Shown here: positions 1 to 7,332 of the stretch, piece after piece | How the letters are laid out: every line of letters starts with the position of its first letter | Numbering within the stretch: the first letter of the stretch is position 1 | Assembly: GCA_900759475.1 (NCBI GenBank) | Contig: CAAEVK010000033.1 | Location: 1 to 11,505, forward strand | Length of the DNA: 11,505 bases | Direction: 5' to 3' | Source of the DNA: Clostridia bacterium | Lineage (GTDB): Bacteria; Bacillota; Clostridia; TANB77; CAG-508 | Translations under genes and position numbers: made by a program | The notes under the pieces: model-generated | What the model was told of the DNA's origin: nothing | The model's database searches: none | Seen by the model: only the letters and a program-made list of their open reading frames with translations

Positions 1-1
1 A

Positions 2-238
2 ATTGATGAAAATATATTAAAAAATATTTTTAAAGAATTTTATATATTAGGAAAACTAAAATTAAATATAAAATATAATCAAATAATTAATCAAAACATG
101 AAAAAAATAATTTTAAATAAAAAAACGAAAAAAGAATATCAAAATTTAATTGAAAAAATGTTTCAAAAAGAGAATAAAAAAATAAAAAAAATAAAAGGAG
201 GGTTTTATGGAAGAAAATATTTTGCAATTAGAGAATAA
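2..238 (+). CDS. 3' end of an ORF entering from the left edge (Lys/Asn-rich tail, unknown function)
   Basis: Hand translation of frame 2 is open for 78 codons, from position 2 to a TAA at 236-238 (IDENILKNIFKEFYILGKL...[14 protein letters not shown]). An open frame of this length is unlikely by chance in DNA this AT-rich, because stop codons are AT-rich. It is missing from the ORF track because it has no start codon inside the window. It overlaps the next gene's start (207) by 32 nt. No family recognised. Confidence 0.35.
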   Translation: MDENILKNIFKEFYILGKLKLNIKYNQIINQNMKKIILNKKTKKEYQNLIEKMFQKENKKIKKIKGGFYGRKYFAIRE

Positions 239-932
239 AATAGAAAATCAAAAAGAAATTGTAACAGAAAAAGAACAAAATAATTTTTTGGAAACTACAT
301 TTGGACAAGTAATAAATAGTGCTATTGATGTAGGAATAAGAGCTATTTTACCCAATTTTTTAGAAGACGGAATTATTAATATAAAAGATACATTATTAAA
401 AGAAGGACTTTCAGAAGGAATACAAACAGTTATTAAAGAAGGTATTAATTTAGGAAAAAGTGTTTTAGGAATATTTACAGGAAAGTTTGACGATGTGGGT
501 CAAATGCAAACAGCAATACAAAAAGGAGGATTAATTGATAGTACTTCTGATTTATTAGATACAATATTATCAAAAGTACAAAAGAATAATTTATTACCAC
601 AAAATATTGTTTCAACAATAAAACAAGGAAAAAATATTTTGTTAGATAATATTAGTAAAAATATAGAAAAAGAATTAACAAGTCAAATAGAGGAAATGGA
701 AAATATAAATGAATATTCAGATAAGTGGAAAGAGTATTTCAAAGAAAAAGATTTTAATAACATGGAGAAAGTATATCAAAAATTAGAAAAAAGTTTAAAA
801 AAAATAATTCCGTTAGAACAAACACTTAAACAAGCTAGAGAAATTGAAAATTTACATCAATTAATAAAAAATAATGGACAGAACTTTAATATAACAGAAA
901 TAGAAAAACAAGTAGCAAAGAAATTAGCATAA
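207..932 (+). CDS. Hypothetical protein, 241 aa, predicted all-helical/coiled-coil, no TM segment or signal peptide
   Basis: ATG at 207 is preceded by AAGGAGGG (195-202) with 4-nt spacing. The frame is long and open in AT-rich DNA. The protein is rich in charged heptad-like stretches ([30 protein letters not shown]). I recall similar unannotated proteins in clostridial genomes but cannot name a family. Confidence 0.8.
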   Translation: MEENILQLENKIENQKEIVTEKEQNNFLETTFGQVINSAIDVGIRAILPNFLEDGIINIKDTLLKEGLSEGIQTVIKEGINLGKSVLGIFTGKFDDVGQMQTAIQKGGLIDSTSDLLDTILSKVQKNNLLPQNIVSTIKQGKNILLDNISKNIEKELTSQIEEMENINEYSDKWKEYFKEKDFNNMEKVYQKLEKSLKKIIPLEQTLKQAREIENLHQLIKNNGQNFNITEIEKQVAKKLA

Positions 933-948
933 AAATAAACTTTTTTAC

Positions 949-977
949 TTGCATATTTTCTTACGGTTTAGTATAAT
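949..977 (+). promoter_or_regulatory. Sigma-A type promoter of gyrA
   Basis: TTGCAT (949-954), a 17-nt spacer, then TATAAT (972-977). It lies about 38 nt upstream of the proposed TTG start at 1015. Confidence 0.6.
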
Positions 978-1014
978 ACAAGAGAATACGAAACAAAGAA
1001 AAGAGGGAACTATT

Positions 1015-3450
1015 TTGGAAGAAAATGCAGGAAATATTATTAACAGAGATATTGAAGTTGAAATGAAAACATCTTATATCGATTATGCAATGAGTGTTAT
1101 TGTACAACGTGCATTACCAGATGTAAGAGATGGATTAAAACCTGTGCATAGAAGAATTTTATATGCAATGTACGAAGATGGAATTACTTCAGACAAACCA
1201 TATAGAAAATGTGCTAATACAGTTGGTTCTGTTCTTGGAAGATACCATCCACATGGAGACTCTTCTGTCTATGATGCAATGGTTAGAATGGCACAAGATT
1301 TTTCACTAAGATATCCGTTAATAGATGGTCATGGAAATTTTGGTTCTATTGATGGTGATGGAGCAGCTGCAATGAGGTATACAGAAGCAAGAATGGCCAA
1401 AATTGCAGAACAAATGTTAGTAGATATTGAAAAAAATACAGTAAATTTTATGCCAAATTATGATGATAGATTAAAAGAACCTATGGTTTTACCATCCAAA
1501 ATACCAACTTTATTAATTAATGGTTCATCAGGGATTGCCGTAGGGATGGCAACCAATATTCCACCTCATAATTTAACAGAAGTAATTAATGGCATTATTA
1601 AGATTATAGAGGAAGATGATGTTACTGATGAACAATTAATAGAAATTATTAAAGGACCAGATTTTCCAACAGAAGGAATTATTCTAGGAAGAGAAGGAAT
1701 TAAAAATGCATATACGACAGGAAGAGGAAAAATTACAGTAAGAGCAGAAGCAGAAATTGAAGAAATGAGTGGAAATAAGCAAAGAATTATTGTAAGATCT
1801 TTGCCATACCAAGTAAACAAAGCAAAATTAATAGAAAATATTGCATCTTTAGTTAGGGAAAAAAGGATTGAAGGAATTTCAGAATTAAGAGATGAATCAG
1901 ATAGAAATGATAAAGTAAGAATTGTAATTGAACTAAAAAGAGATGCGAATCCGCAAGTTGTTTTAAATCAATTATACAAAAATACACAAATGCAAGATAC
2001 TTTTGGTGTTATTATGCTAGCATTAGTAAATGGAGAACCTAAAATTTTAACATTAAGACAATGCTTAAATTATTATATTGAACATAGAAAAGATGTTGTA
2101 TTAAGAAGAACACAATTTGATTTAGAAAAAGCAGAAGCTAGGGCACATATTTTAGAAGGACTAAAAATTGCATTAGATAATATTGATGAAGTAATTAATA
2201 TTATCCGTTCTGCTTATGATGATGCAAAAGAAAGATTAATGGAAAGATTTAAACTTTCTGAAATACAAGCACAAGCAATTTTAGACATGAGACTAAAAAC
2301 TTTATCTGGTTTACAAAGAGAAAAAATAGACGAAGAATATAATGAATTAATGAAATTAATTGCATATTTAAAAGATGTTTTGGGAAGTGAAAAATTGGTT
2401 TTTGATATTATCAAAAATGAGCTTTTAGAAATAAAAGAAAAATTTGGAGATGAGAGAAAGACAAAAATTGTTGCATCAGAAGGTGAAATTGATGTTGAAG
2501 ACTTAATTAAAGAAGAACAAAACGTAGTAGCTTTAACTCATTTTGGTTATATTAAAAGAATGCCAATTGATACTTATAAAAGTCAAAGACGAGGGGGAAA
2601 AGGAATTACTGGAATTGCAACAAGAGAAGAAGATTTTGTAAAAGATATTTTTATAATGTCAACACATGATACTATTCTTTTCTTTAGCAATAAAGGAAAA
2701 TTATATCGTTTAAGAGGGTATGAAATTCCAGAAGCAAGTAGAACAGCAAAGGGAACAGCTATTGTTAACTTACTTAGTCTTGATGCAGGTGAAAAAATAT
2801 CTGCCATTATTCCGATTCAAAATTTTGCAGAAGGAAAATATTTATTATTTGCAACAAAAAATGGATTAATAAAAAAGACACCTTTACCAGAATACAATTC
2901 TGCAAGAAAAACAGGGTTACAGGCAATTACTTTAAAAGATAATGATGAATTAATAGGTGTAAGATTAACAGACGGACAAGATAATGTAGTTCTTGTTACT
3001 AATGAAGGAATGTGTATTACTTTTGATGAAAAAGATGTAAGACCTGTAGGAAGAGTTTCACAAGGTGTTATTGGAATGAGAATTGATGAAGACGATAGTG
3101 TTATTGGAATGGAATCAATTATTGCAGGAAGTAAAGCAACATTACTTGCTATTACAGAAAATGGTTTTGGTAAAAGGACAGACTTAGAAGAATATAGAGT
3201 ACAAACTAGAGGAGGTAAAGGTGTTATTACTTATAAAATAACACCAAAGACAGGAAAAATTGTAGGAATTAGAATTGTAAGTGAAAATGATGATGTTATG
3301 CTAATTACAGATACAGGAACAATTATTAGGATTAATGTAAAAGATATTAGTGTTTTAGGAAGAAGTACACAAGGAGTAACCTTAATGAGAACAAATGAAG
3401 GAAAAGTAGTAAGTATTGAAAAAATTTCGGAAGAAGAAATGGAAGAATAA
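1015..3450 (+). CDS. gyrA: DNA gyrase subunit A (811 aa from the TTG start)
   Basis: - Canonical N-terminal block [32 protein letters not shown].
- QRDR sequence [10 protein letters not shown] (1246-1275). Ser at the E. coli 83 equivalent and Asp at the 87 equivalent are the wild-type, quinolone-susceptible residues.
- Catalytic Tyr motif [10 protein letters not shown].
- GyrA-box QRRGGKG, which distinguishes GyrA from ParC.
- Repeated beta-pinwheel blades in the C-terminal domain.
- Start reassigned to the in-frame TTG at 1015, preceded by AAGAGGG (1001-1007). The 22 upstream codons of the track ORF overlap the promoter and have no GyrA counterpart. Confidence 0.97.
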   Translation: MEENAGNIINRDIEVEMKTSYIDYAMSVIVQRALPDVRDGLKPVHRRILYAMYEDGITSDKPYRKCANTVGSVLGRYHPHGDSSVYDAMVRMAQDFSLRYPLIDGHGNFGSIDGDGAAAMRYTEARMAKIAEQMLVDIEKNTVNFMPNYDDRLKEPMVLPSKIPTLLINGSSGIAVGMATNIPPHNLTEVINGIIKIIEEDDVTDEQLIEIIKGPDFPTEGIILGREGIKNAYTTGRGKITVRAEAEIEEMSGNKQRIIVRSLPYQVNKAKLIENIASLVREKRIEGISELRDESDRNDKVRIVIELKRDANPQVVLNQLYKNTQMQDTFGVIMLALVNGEPKILTLRQCLNYYIEHRKDVVLRRTQFDLEKAEARAHILEGLKIALDNIDEVINIIRSAYDDAKERLMERFKLSEIQAQAILDMRLKTLSGLQREKIDEEYNELMKLIAYLKDVLGSEKLVFDIIKNELLEIKEKFGDERKTKIVASEGEIDVEDLIKEEQNVVALTHFGYIKRMPIDTYKSQRRGGKGITGIATREEDFVKDIFIMSTHDTILFFSNKGKLYRLRGYEIPEASRTAKGTAIVNLLSLDAGEKISAIIPIQNFAEGKYLLFATKNGLIKKTPLPEYNSARKTGLQAITLKDNDELIGVRLTDGQDNVVLVTNEGMCITFDEKDVRPVGRVSQGVIGMRIDEDDSVIGMESIIAGSKATLLAITENGFGKRTDLEEYRVQTRGGKGVITYKITPKTGKIVGIRIVSENDDVMLITDTGTIIRINVKDISVLGRSTQGVTLMRTNEGKVVSIEKISEEEMEE

Positions 3451-3451
3451 C

Positions 3452-3485
3452 AAAAATAAAACGTGCAAAAGCACGTTTTATTTTT
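3452..3485. terminator. Bidirectional intrinsic terminator shared by the convergent gyrA and dnaC-like genes
   Basis: Perfect 15-bp inverted repeat, aaaaataaaacgtgc (3452-3466) / gcacgttttattttt (3471-3485), with loop aaaa. The GC core ACGTGC/GCACGT has an A-tract on one side and a T-tract on the other, so it reads as hairpin plus U-run on both strands. It overlaps the TAA stop (3478-3480) of the minus-strand gene. Confidence 0.85.
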
Positions 3486-4488
3486 GTTTAAATCGTATAT
3501 CATCTCCAAAAAATCTACAAATATGATAATGACCAACAAATCTTGAGCCAAGACGCTCTTCATAATTATCAAAAATATTTTTTAAACTTAAATTAGTAGA
3601 AATAATAGTTTTGGTAATAATATTATTTTGATTGAGTAACCTTGAATTAATAATATTAAATAATTCTGTAAATTTCATATTGTTCATGGTCTCTGTACCT
3701 AAATCATCAATAACTAATAAATCAACACTTAATAAATTCTCAATAATATTAAAATTACAATTTGGTTTATTAAATCGATAATTAATAATCGCATCTAGCA
3801 TAACAGGTGCTGTTTGATAAAGAACAGTTTTTCCTTGTTTTAACATGGCATTTGCAATACAGCTAGACAAAAATGTTTTTCCAAGACCAGTATTTCCTGT
3901 AAAAAGTAAATTTTTTTCTTCAGGATTATCAAAATGCTGAATAAAATTTTCACAAATTTTTTTAATAATTAAAATATTTTGTTTAGGAGAAATATCTGAA
4001 TGATATTTTTCTTTGTTAATTTCATTAGAATATAAATCTAAATTAAAATTATCAAAATTTTCTTTTTCTAAATTTCCTAAATTAGACTTGTTAAATTCTA
4101 AATTGTACAATTTTTGTTTTAAACAAGAACAAAAAGAATTTTTTCCATTTTCCAAAATAAATCCGGTGTCATTACATAAATTACATTCAAAAATTGGTTC
4201 TAAATCACGGGGGGATTTTCCTAATTTTTTTAATAGTGCAAATTTCTTTTCTTTTAATTTGTCAAGTGCAAGTTTTAATTGTAAAGTAATTTTTTCTTTT
4301 TCAGCAGGTGTTGCTTGCAAAATAGAAATACTGTTTTGAAGACAAATATGAGAGATTTCATTTTCAATTTTTTCCAGTTCAGGAGATAACAAGTAAAGAG
4401 TTGTTTTTCTTTCTTCAAGTTCCCTATAAGCATATCTGCGTTTATTTTCATATTCTGTTAATAAAGATTTTATTACTAGATTTTCCAT
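3478..4488 (-). CDS. DnaC/DnaI-like replicative helicase loader (AAA+, IstB-like ATPase with an N-terminal Cys-rich zinc module)
   Basis: - Walker A: FTGNTGLGKTFL.
- Walker B: VDLLVIDDLGTE.
- Cys cluster CNLCNDTGF...CSC, as in the zinc-binding N-domain of DnaI-type loaders.
- N-terminus (LLTEYENKRRYAYRELEERK) resembles clostridial chromosomal DnaC annotations.
- ATG at 4488 with GGAGGAAG RBS, 15 nt after the stop of the DnaD-domain gene. Confidence 0.85.
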   Translation of the reverse strand: MENLVIKSLLTEYENKRRYAYRELEERKTTLYLLSPELEKIENEISHICLQNSISILQATPAEKEKITLQLKLALDKLKEKKFALLKKLGKSPRDLEPIFECNLCNDTGFILENGKNSFCSCLKQKLYNLEFNKSNLGNLEKENFDNFNLDLYSNEINKEKYHSDISPKQNILIIKKICENFIQHFDNPEEKNLLFTGNTGLGKTFLSSCIANAMLKQGKTVLYQTAPVMLDAIINYRFNKPNCNFNIIENLLSVDLLVIDDLGTETMNNMKFTELFNIINSRLLNQNNIITKTIISTNLSLKNIFDNYEERLGSRFVGHYHICRFFGDDIRFKQK

Positions 4489-4503
4489 GCTTCCTCCAAA
4501 AAA

Positions 4504-5469
4504 CTATCCATTATTAGCATATAAAGAATCTAAATTATCATAATTTCTTTGTTCATAAGATTGATATCCCGATTTTTTTACAAATTCTTTAACTGCTTTA
4601 TTTTTGGTTTTCATATTTTTAATAAATTCTTGAATTTCATATTCTGTTTTAAATCCACGTTCTTTCCAATCAGATAAAAGTTTATCTAAATAGTCAAAAC
4701 TTGGATTCGTTTTAGAAGTGGTTCTTTTTAAAGCAATGTCAATAATGGATAAAGAATACCCAAAATCAACAACCCATTTTTCAATATATGCTTCTTCAAA
4801 TTGTGTTAATGTTCTAGAAAGACCAAGTTTTTTACAAACTGATTTTTTAATTTTATTTAAGTTTTCTTGTTTTTGATAATAAATATCTAAATCAGAAAAG
4901 GTTTTTATATTACTTTTATTCCAAGCATCTGCTACAGCCTGTACATAATTTCTATGCAAAGCAGATTTTTCAAAACAATAACGAAATAGAGCAATCATAA
5001 CCTGCTCATCAAATTGATATTTTTTGAACCATAATTCAATGTCATTGTACCAAGAAGGAGACATTACTCCTTGAAAATAACTATTATTAATATTTTCAAT
5101 AGCAGAAGCACGATATTTGTTTTCTTGGTTTTTAGCAATTTGTTCTGGAGACAAAGAAAGCTTTGGGGAATATAAATTTAATAATTCTTTTTCTTGTAAA
5201 TTTGTTAAAATATAACCAGTAGATTTTTTAATAATTACTTCTTCTTTCTCCCAATATGCTAAAGCGTCCTGAATAACATTAAAAGGAAGCGCTAGTTTTT
5301 TGGAAAGATCGGTTATTTTTATATCTTTATTATATTTAGACAAAAACAGAATATATAAATATACTTTTATATAGTCACCTTTTGCACTAGATAAATATTC
5401 ACTTATAAAAATATCTGGTAATTCTGTGGTAGAAAAAAGCATAGATTTATCATTTTGTTCTAATTTCAT
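4504..5469 (-). CDS. DnaD-domain replication initiation / helicase-loading protein (DnaB_2/DnaD family, two DnaD-like repeats)
   Basis: - N-terminal winged-helix-like segment GDYIKVYLYILFLSKYNKDIKITDLSKKLALPFNVIQDALAYWEKEEVI, typical of clostridial DnaD-domain proteins.
- Two C-terminal DnaD-type repeats: ...VMIALFRYCFEKSALHRNYVQAVADAWNKSNIKT... and ...IEKWVVDFGYSLSIIDIALKRTTSKTNPSFDYLDKLLSDWKERGFKT.
- ATG at 5469 with AAAGGGG RBS.
- Forms an operon with the loader gene downstream. Confidence 0.8.
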   Translation of the reverse strand: MKLEQNDKSMLFSTTELPDIFISEYLSSAKGDYIKVYLYILFLSKYNKDIKITDLSKKLALPFNVIQDALAYWEKEEVIIKKSTGYILTNLQEKELLNLYSPKLSLSPEQIAKNQENKYRASAIENINNSYFQGVMSPSWYNDIELWFKKYQFDEQVMIALFRYCFEKSALHRNYVQAVADAWNKSNIKTFSDLDIYYQKQENLNKIKKSVCKKLGLSRTLTQFEEAYIEKWVVDFGYSLSIIDIALKRTTSKTNPSFDYLDKLLSDWKERGFKTEYEIQEFIKNMKTKNKAVKEFVKKSGYQSYEQRNYDNLDSLYANNG

Positions 5470-5525
5470 TTTACTAGCCCCTTTAAAATAAAAAGTATTA
5501 TAATTATTATCTTTTGCGTAGTAAA

Positions 5526-5554
5526 ATTATAACATTTTAACTTTAAAGTTACAA
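5526..5554 (-). promoter_or_regulatory. Extended -10 sigma-A promoter for the dnaD-like/dnaC-like operon
   Basis: On the minus strand: TTGTAA (5554-5549), a 17-nt spacer ending in TGt, then TATAAT (5531-5526), i.e. TGnTATAAT. It lies between hairpin H1 and the dnaD-like RBS. The replication genes therefore appear to be a transcription unit separate from the upstream T4SS-like operon. Confidence 0.55.
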
Positions 5555-5576
5555 TACAGAGAGGAACTATTTTTTA

Positions 5577-5611
5577 TTGTTCCGGAAAAATCTACGATTT
5601 TTCCGGAACAA
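5577..5611. repeat. H1: perfect 15-bp inverted repeat (hairpin) spanning the stop codon of the PrgI-like ORF; possible atypical terminator or insulator
   Basis: ttgttccggaaaaat (5577-5591), loop ctacg (5592-5596), atttttccggaacaa (5597-5611). The TAG stop of the minus-strand ORF (5592-5594) sits in the loop. Neither strand has a canonical U-tract after the hairpin, so terminator function is only an inference. Confidence 0.8.
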
Positions 5612-5954
5612 CAAGGTTAAGTTTCTTTGATTCGTGCGGTTTGCGAAGCAAACCTGTACATGTGGCGAAGCCACTTTTCTTATAAAAGTAGATTCTTCTA
5701 TTTTTTATAAAGCGATAAATATAAATAAAAACATAAATCATATTTTCATGATTAATACCAATAATACTAAAAAGTAGAATAGGAAGATAAAGACAAACAC
5801 AAAAGCAAATTTTAAAATTTAAAGCTGAAAAGAATAAATTACTAATAGCAATTAAAAAACCAAACCAACAAGCATTAAAAATAGCTGTTGAATAATCAAT
5901 AAAACCAAAAAGTTTATGAGAAAAATTATAATTTTGAGGAAAAATAAATTTCAT
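5592..5954 (-). CDS. PrgI/TcpE-family (VirB3-like) small 2-TM T4SS membrane protein with a non-homologous 27-aa hydrophilic C-terminal tail
   Basis: - 120 aa.
- The N-terminal pattern FPQNYNFSHKLFGFIDYSTAIF, two TM helices, then a basic ...YRFIKNRRIYFYKK end match the layout I associate with PrgI/TcpE-type proteins of Gram-positive conjugation systems.
- ATG at 5954 lies 1 nt after the stop of the preceding gene (TAA-A-ATG), with RBS AAAGGAAG.
- Residues 94-120 (SGFATCTGLLRKPHESKKLNLVVPEKS) are encoded by the GC-rich hairpin segment. Confidence 0.55.
   Translation of the reverse strand: MKFIFPQNYNFSHKLFGFIDYSTAIFNACWFGFLIAISNLFFSALNFKICFCVCLYLPILLFSIIGINHENMIYVFIYIYRFIKNRRIYFYKKSGFATCTGLLRKPHESKKLNLVVPEKS
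5638..5678. repeat. H2 and H3: two tandem short hairpins, each built around the heptamer GCGAAGC
   Basis: - H2: ggtttgc-gaa-gcaaacc (5638-5654), 7-bp stem.
- H3: gtggc-gaa-gccac (5662-5674), 5-bp stem, followed by tttt (5675-5678) on the + strand.
- Both contain GCGAAGC (5643-5649 and 5665-5671).
- The local segment 5592-5680 is about 45% GC by hand count, against a much more AT-rich background. Confidence 0.8.
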
Positions 5955-5955
5955 T

Positions 5956-6837
5956 TTAGCTTCCTTTCATAAAAACAGATTTTATTCCTTGTAATCCATT
6001 TTGAATATTGGTAGAAATTCCTCCTATTAATTGCTGAATAAGAGAATTAGCTTTTATTAAAGCATAAATTGTACCAATATATAGTAGTTTAGATAAAGTG
6101 TCATCTGTATAATCAATAGAAAAAGTAATAAGCAAAATAATGGATACAAAATTTTGCAAAAGTAATAATGCTAAAAAACTACGAAGCCAACTTTTAAAAA
6201 ACCAAGAGGATTTATCTAGAATAAGAGTAATAATAGCAAAAGGGGATAACAAAATAAAAACTTTTAATAAAATATAACGTAAAGAATAAGAAAAAATTAA
6301 ATTAAATAAACCAAAAGAAATAAAACCCTTTATTAATCCATCAATAGAAAAAAGATTAAAGGTATCTTTTCCAACAGAAATAATAGAATTAAGTTCTTCC
6401 ACTAAACCTGCAAAACAAATATTTTTATGAAATAAGATTTCACCTAAATTACGAATAGAAGAAGAGATAAGGGAATTTAGAGAAATAAGTTGTTCACAAA
6501 AGAAAAAAGAAAAATTCATTAAAATAGTAAAAATAACGAGGCGAAAAATAAAACGAAGCGGATGTTGTGGAGCAGATAGTGTTAAATAAGATAAAAAAGA
6601 GGAAAGTGAATAGTATAAAATAAAACCAATTAAAAGGCTATTACATATCAATAAAATACCATTCTGTGCAGAAGTTCCCAAAAGTTCTTCCAAATGATTT
6701 GTATTTAAAATAGTAGTGTCAATAAAACACAAATCATCTAAAATAGGATAAATACTATTATCAATAGAAGAAAACAAATTAGAAAAAAGAGTATTAATTG
6801 TTTCTAAAATAATTTCTGTAACATTTATTGTTTCCAA
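5956..6837 (-). CDS. VirB6/TrbL-like polytopic inner-membrane protein (about 6 TM segments)
   Basis: - 293 aa with multiple long hydrophobic helices (GILLICNSLLIGFILYY, FIFRLVIFTILMNFSFFF, FISFGLFNLIFSY...LLSPFAIITLIL, FLALLLLQNFVSIILLITF, LLYIGTIYALI).
- Size, topology and position between a VirB2-like and a VirB3-like gene fit a VirB6/TrbL/TcpH-type channel component.
- TTG start at 6837 with AAAGGAGG RBS (GGAGG at 6847-6843).
- The assignment rests on architecture and context, not on a recognised sequence motif. Confidence 0.5.
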   Translation of the reverse strand: METINVTEIILETINTLFSNLFSSIDNSIYPILDDLCFIDTTILNTNHLEELLGTSAQNGILLICNSLLIGFILYYSLSSFLSYLTLSAPQHPLRFIFRLVIFTILMNFSFFFCEQLISLNSLISSSIRNLGEILFHKNICFAGLVEELNSIISVGKDTFNLFSIDGLIKGFISFGLFNLIFSYSLRYILLKVFILLSPFAIITLILDKSSWFFKSWLRSFLALLLLQNFVSIILLITFSIDYTDDTLSKLLYIGTIYALIKANSLIQQLIGGISTNIQNGLQGIKSVFMKGS

Positions 6838-6855
6838 AAAAACCTCCTTTAAAAA

Positions 6856-7197
6856 CTATGCAACGAGACTCTTGATAGCAGCTAAAACTAAATCTGTTGC
6901 TAAAATAAAGGCATAAGAAAATAAAGAACCACGAATTAATTTTTTTCCAATACGAATTTTTTCTTCATCGCCAAAACTAAATTTTTTCATTAGTAAACCT
7001 GTGCCAACAGCAACAGCGGCTGCAGGTGTTGCTATTTTTATCATCCAATCACTAATTGTTTCAAAAGCTTTTTTTATTTTTGTAATTAATTTAGGGTCAG
7101 CTGCAAAAGTTTCAGAACTAAAAACAAAAATAAAGGTAAAACTTAAAAATAATATAAAAATAAAATATATGCTTTTTTTGTTTTGCAAAATTTTCAT
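6856..7197 (-). CDS. TrbC/VirB2-like (or Maff2-like) secreted small hydrophobic protein; pilin-like T4SS subunit
   Basis: - 113 aa.
- N-terminal signal peptide MKILQNKKSIYFIFILFLSFTFIFVFSSETFA with a likely cleavage site TFA/AD.
- The mature ~81 aa has two hydrophobic helices (IATPAAAVAVGTGLLM and SLFSYAFILATDLVLAAI) separated by a charged loop (KKFSFGDEEKIRIGKK). This is the VirB2/TrbC pilin topology. Confidence 0.5.
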   Translation of the reverse strand: MKILQNKKSIYFIFILFLSFTFIFVFSSETFAADPKLITKIKKAFETISDWMIKIATPAAAVAVGTGLLMKKFSFGDEEKIRIGKKLIRGSLFSYAFILATDLVLAAIKSLVA

Positions 7198-7332
7198 AAA
7201 ATCACAATCCTTTCATAGTTATATTTTTAATAAAAAAGTAAAAAAGCAAAGAAAAAACAGAAAATTTTATGGTTACTTTATTTTAAAACCATACTATGGG
7301 TGATTTATGCTAATACAGAAAAAATAAAATTA

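Noticed and set aside
949-1014. N-terminal 22-codon extension of gyrA (track start at 949, itself a TTG)
   Set aside because: These codons coincide with the TTGCAT/TATAAT promoter and have no GyrA-like sequence. An in-frame TTG at 1015 has a proper AAGAGGG RBS.
1566-3572. Four minus-strand ORFs (1566-1820, 2214-2414, 2583-2807, 3231-3572) antisense to gyrA
   Set aside because: They lie inside or overlap a confidently identified gene on the opposite strand. Their translations are low-complexity and Ser/Ile/Leu-rich with no RBS, which is typical of antisense shadow ORFs.
4013-4339. Plus-strand 108-aa ORF antisense to the dnaC-like gene
   Set aside because: It is a shadow ORF inside a well-supported AAA+ loader gene. 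It has no RBS and a repetitive Phe/Ser/Lys composition.
7269-7292. Hairpin atggtt...aaccat between the ATPase and pilin-like genes as a terminator
   Set aside because: The stem is only 6 bp and mostly AT, with a 12-nt loop. It is too weak to call and is mentioned only as context for the long intergenic gap.
7001-7303. Plus-strand 100-aa ORF overlapping the VirB2-like gene and the intergenic gap
   Set aside because: It is antisense to a gene that has a clear signal peptide and RBS. Its own translation is low-complexity (KIKVKLKNNIKIK) and it has no RBS.
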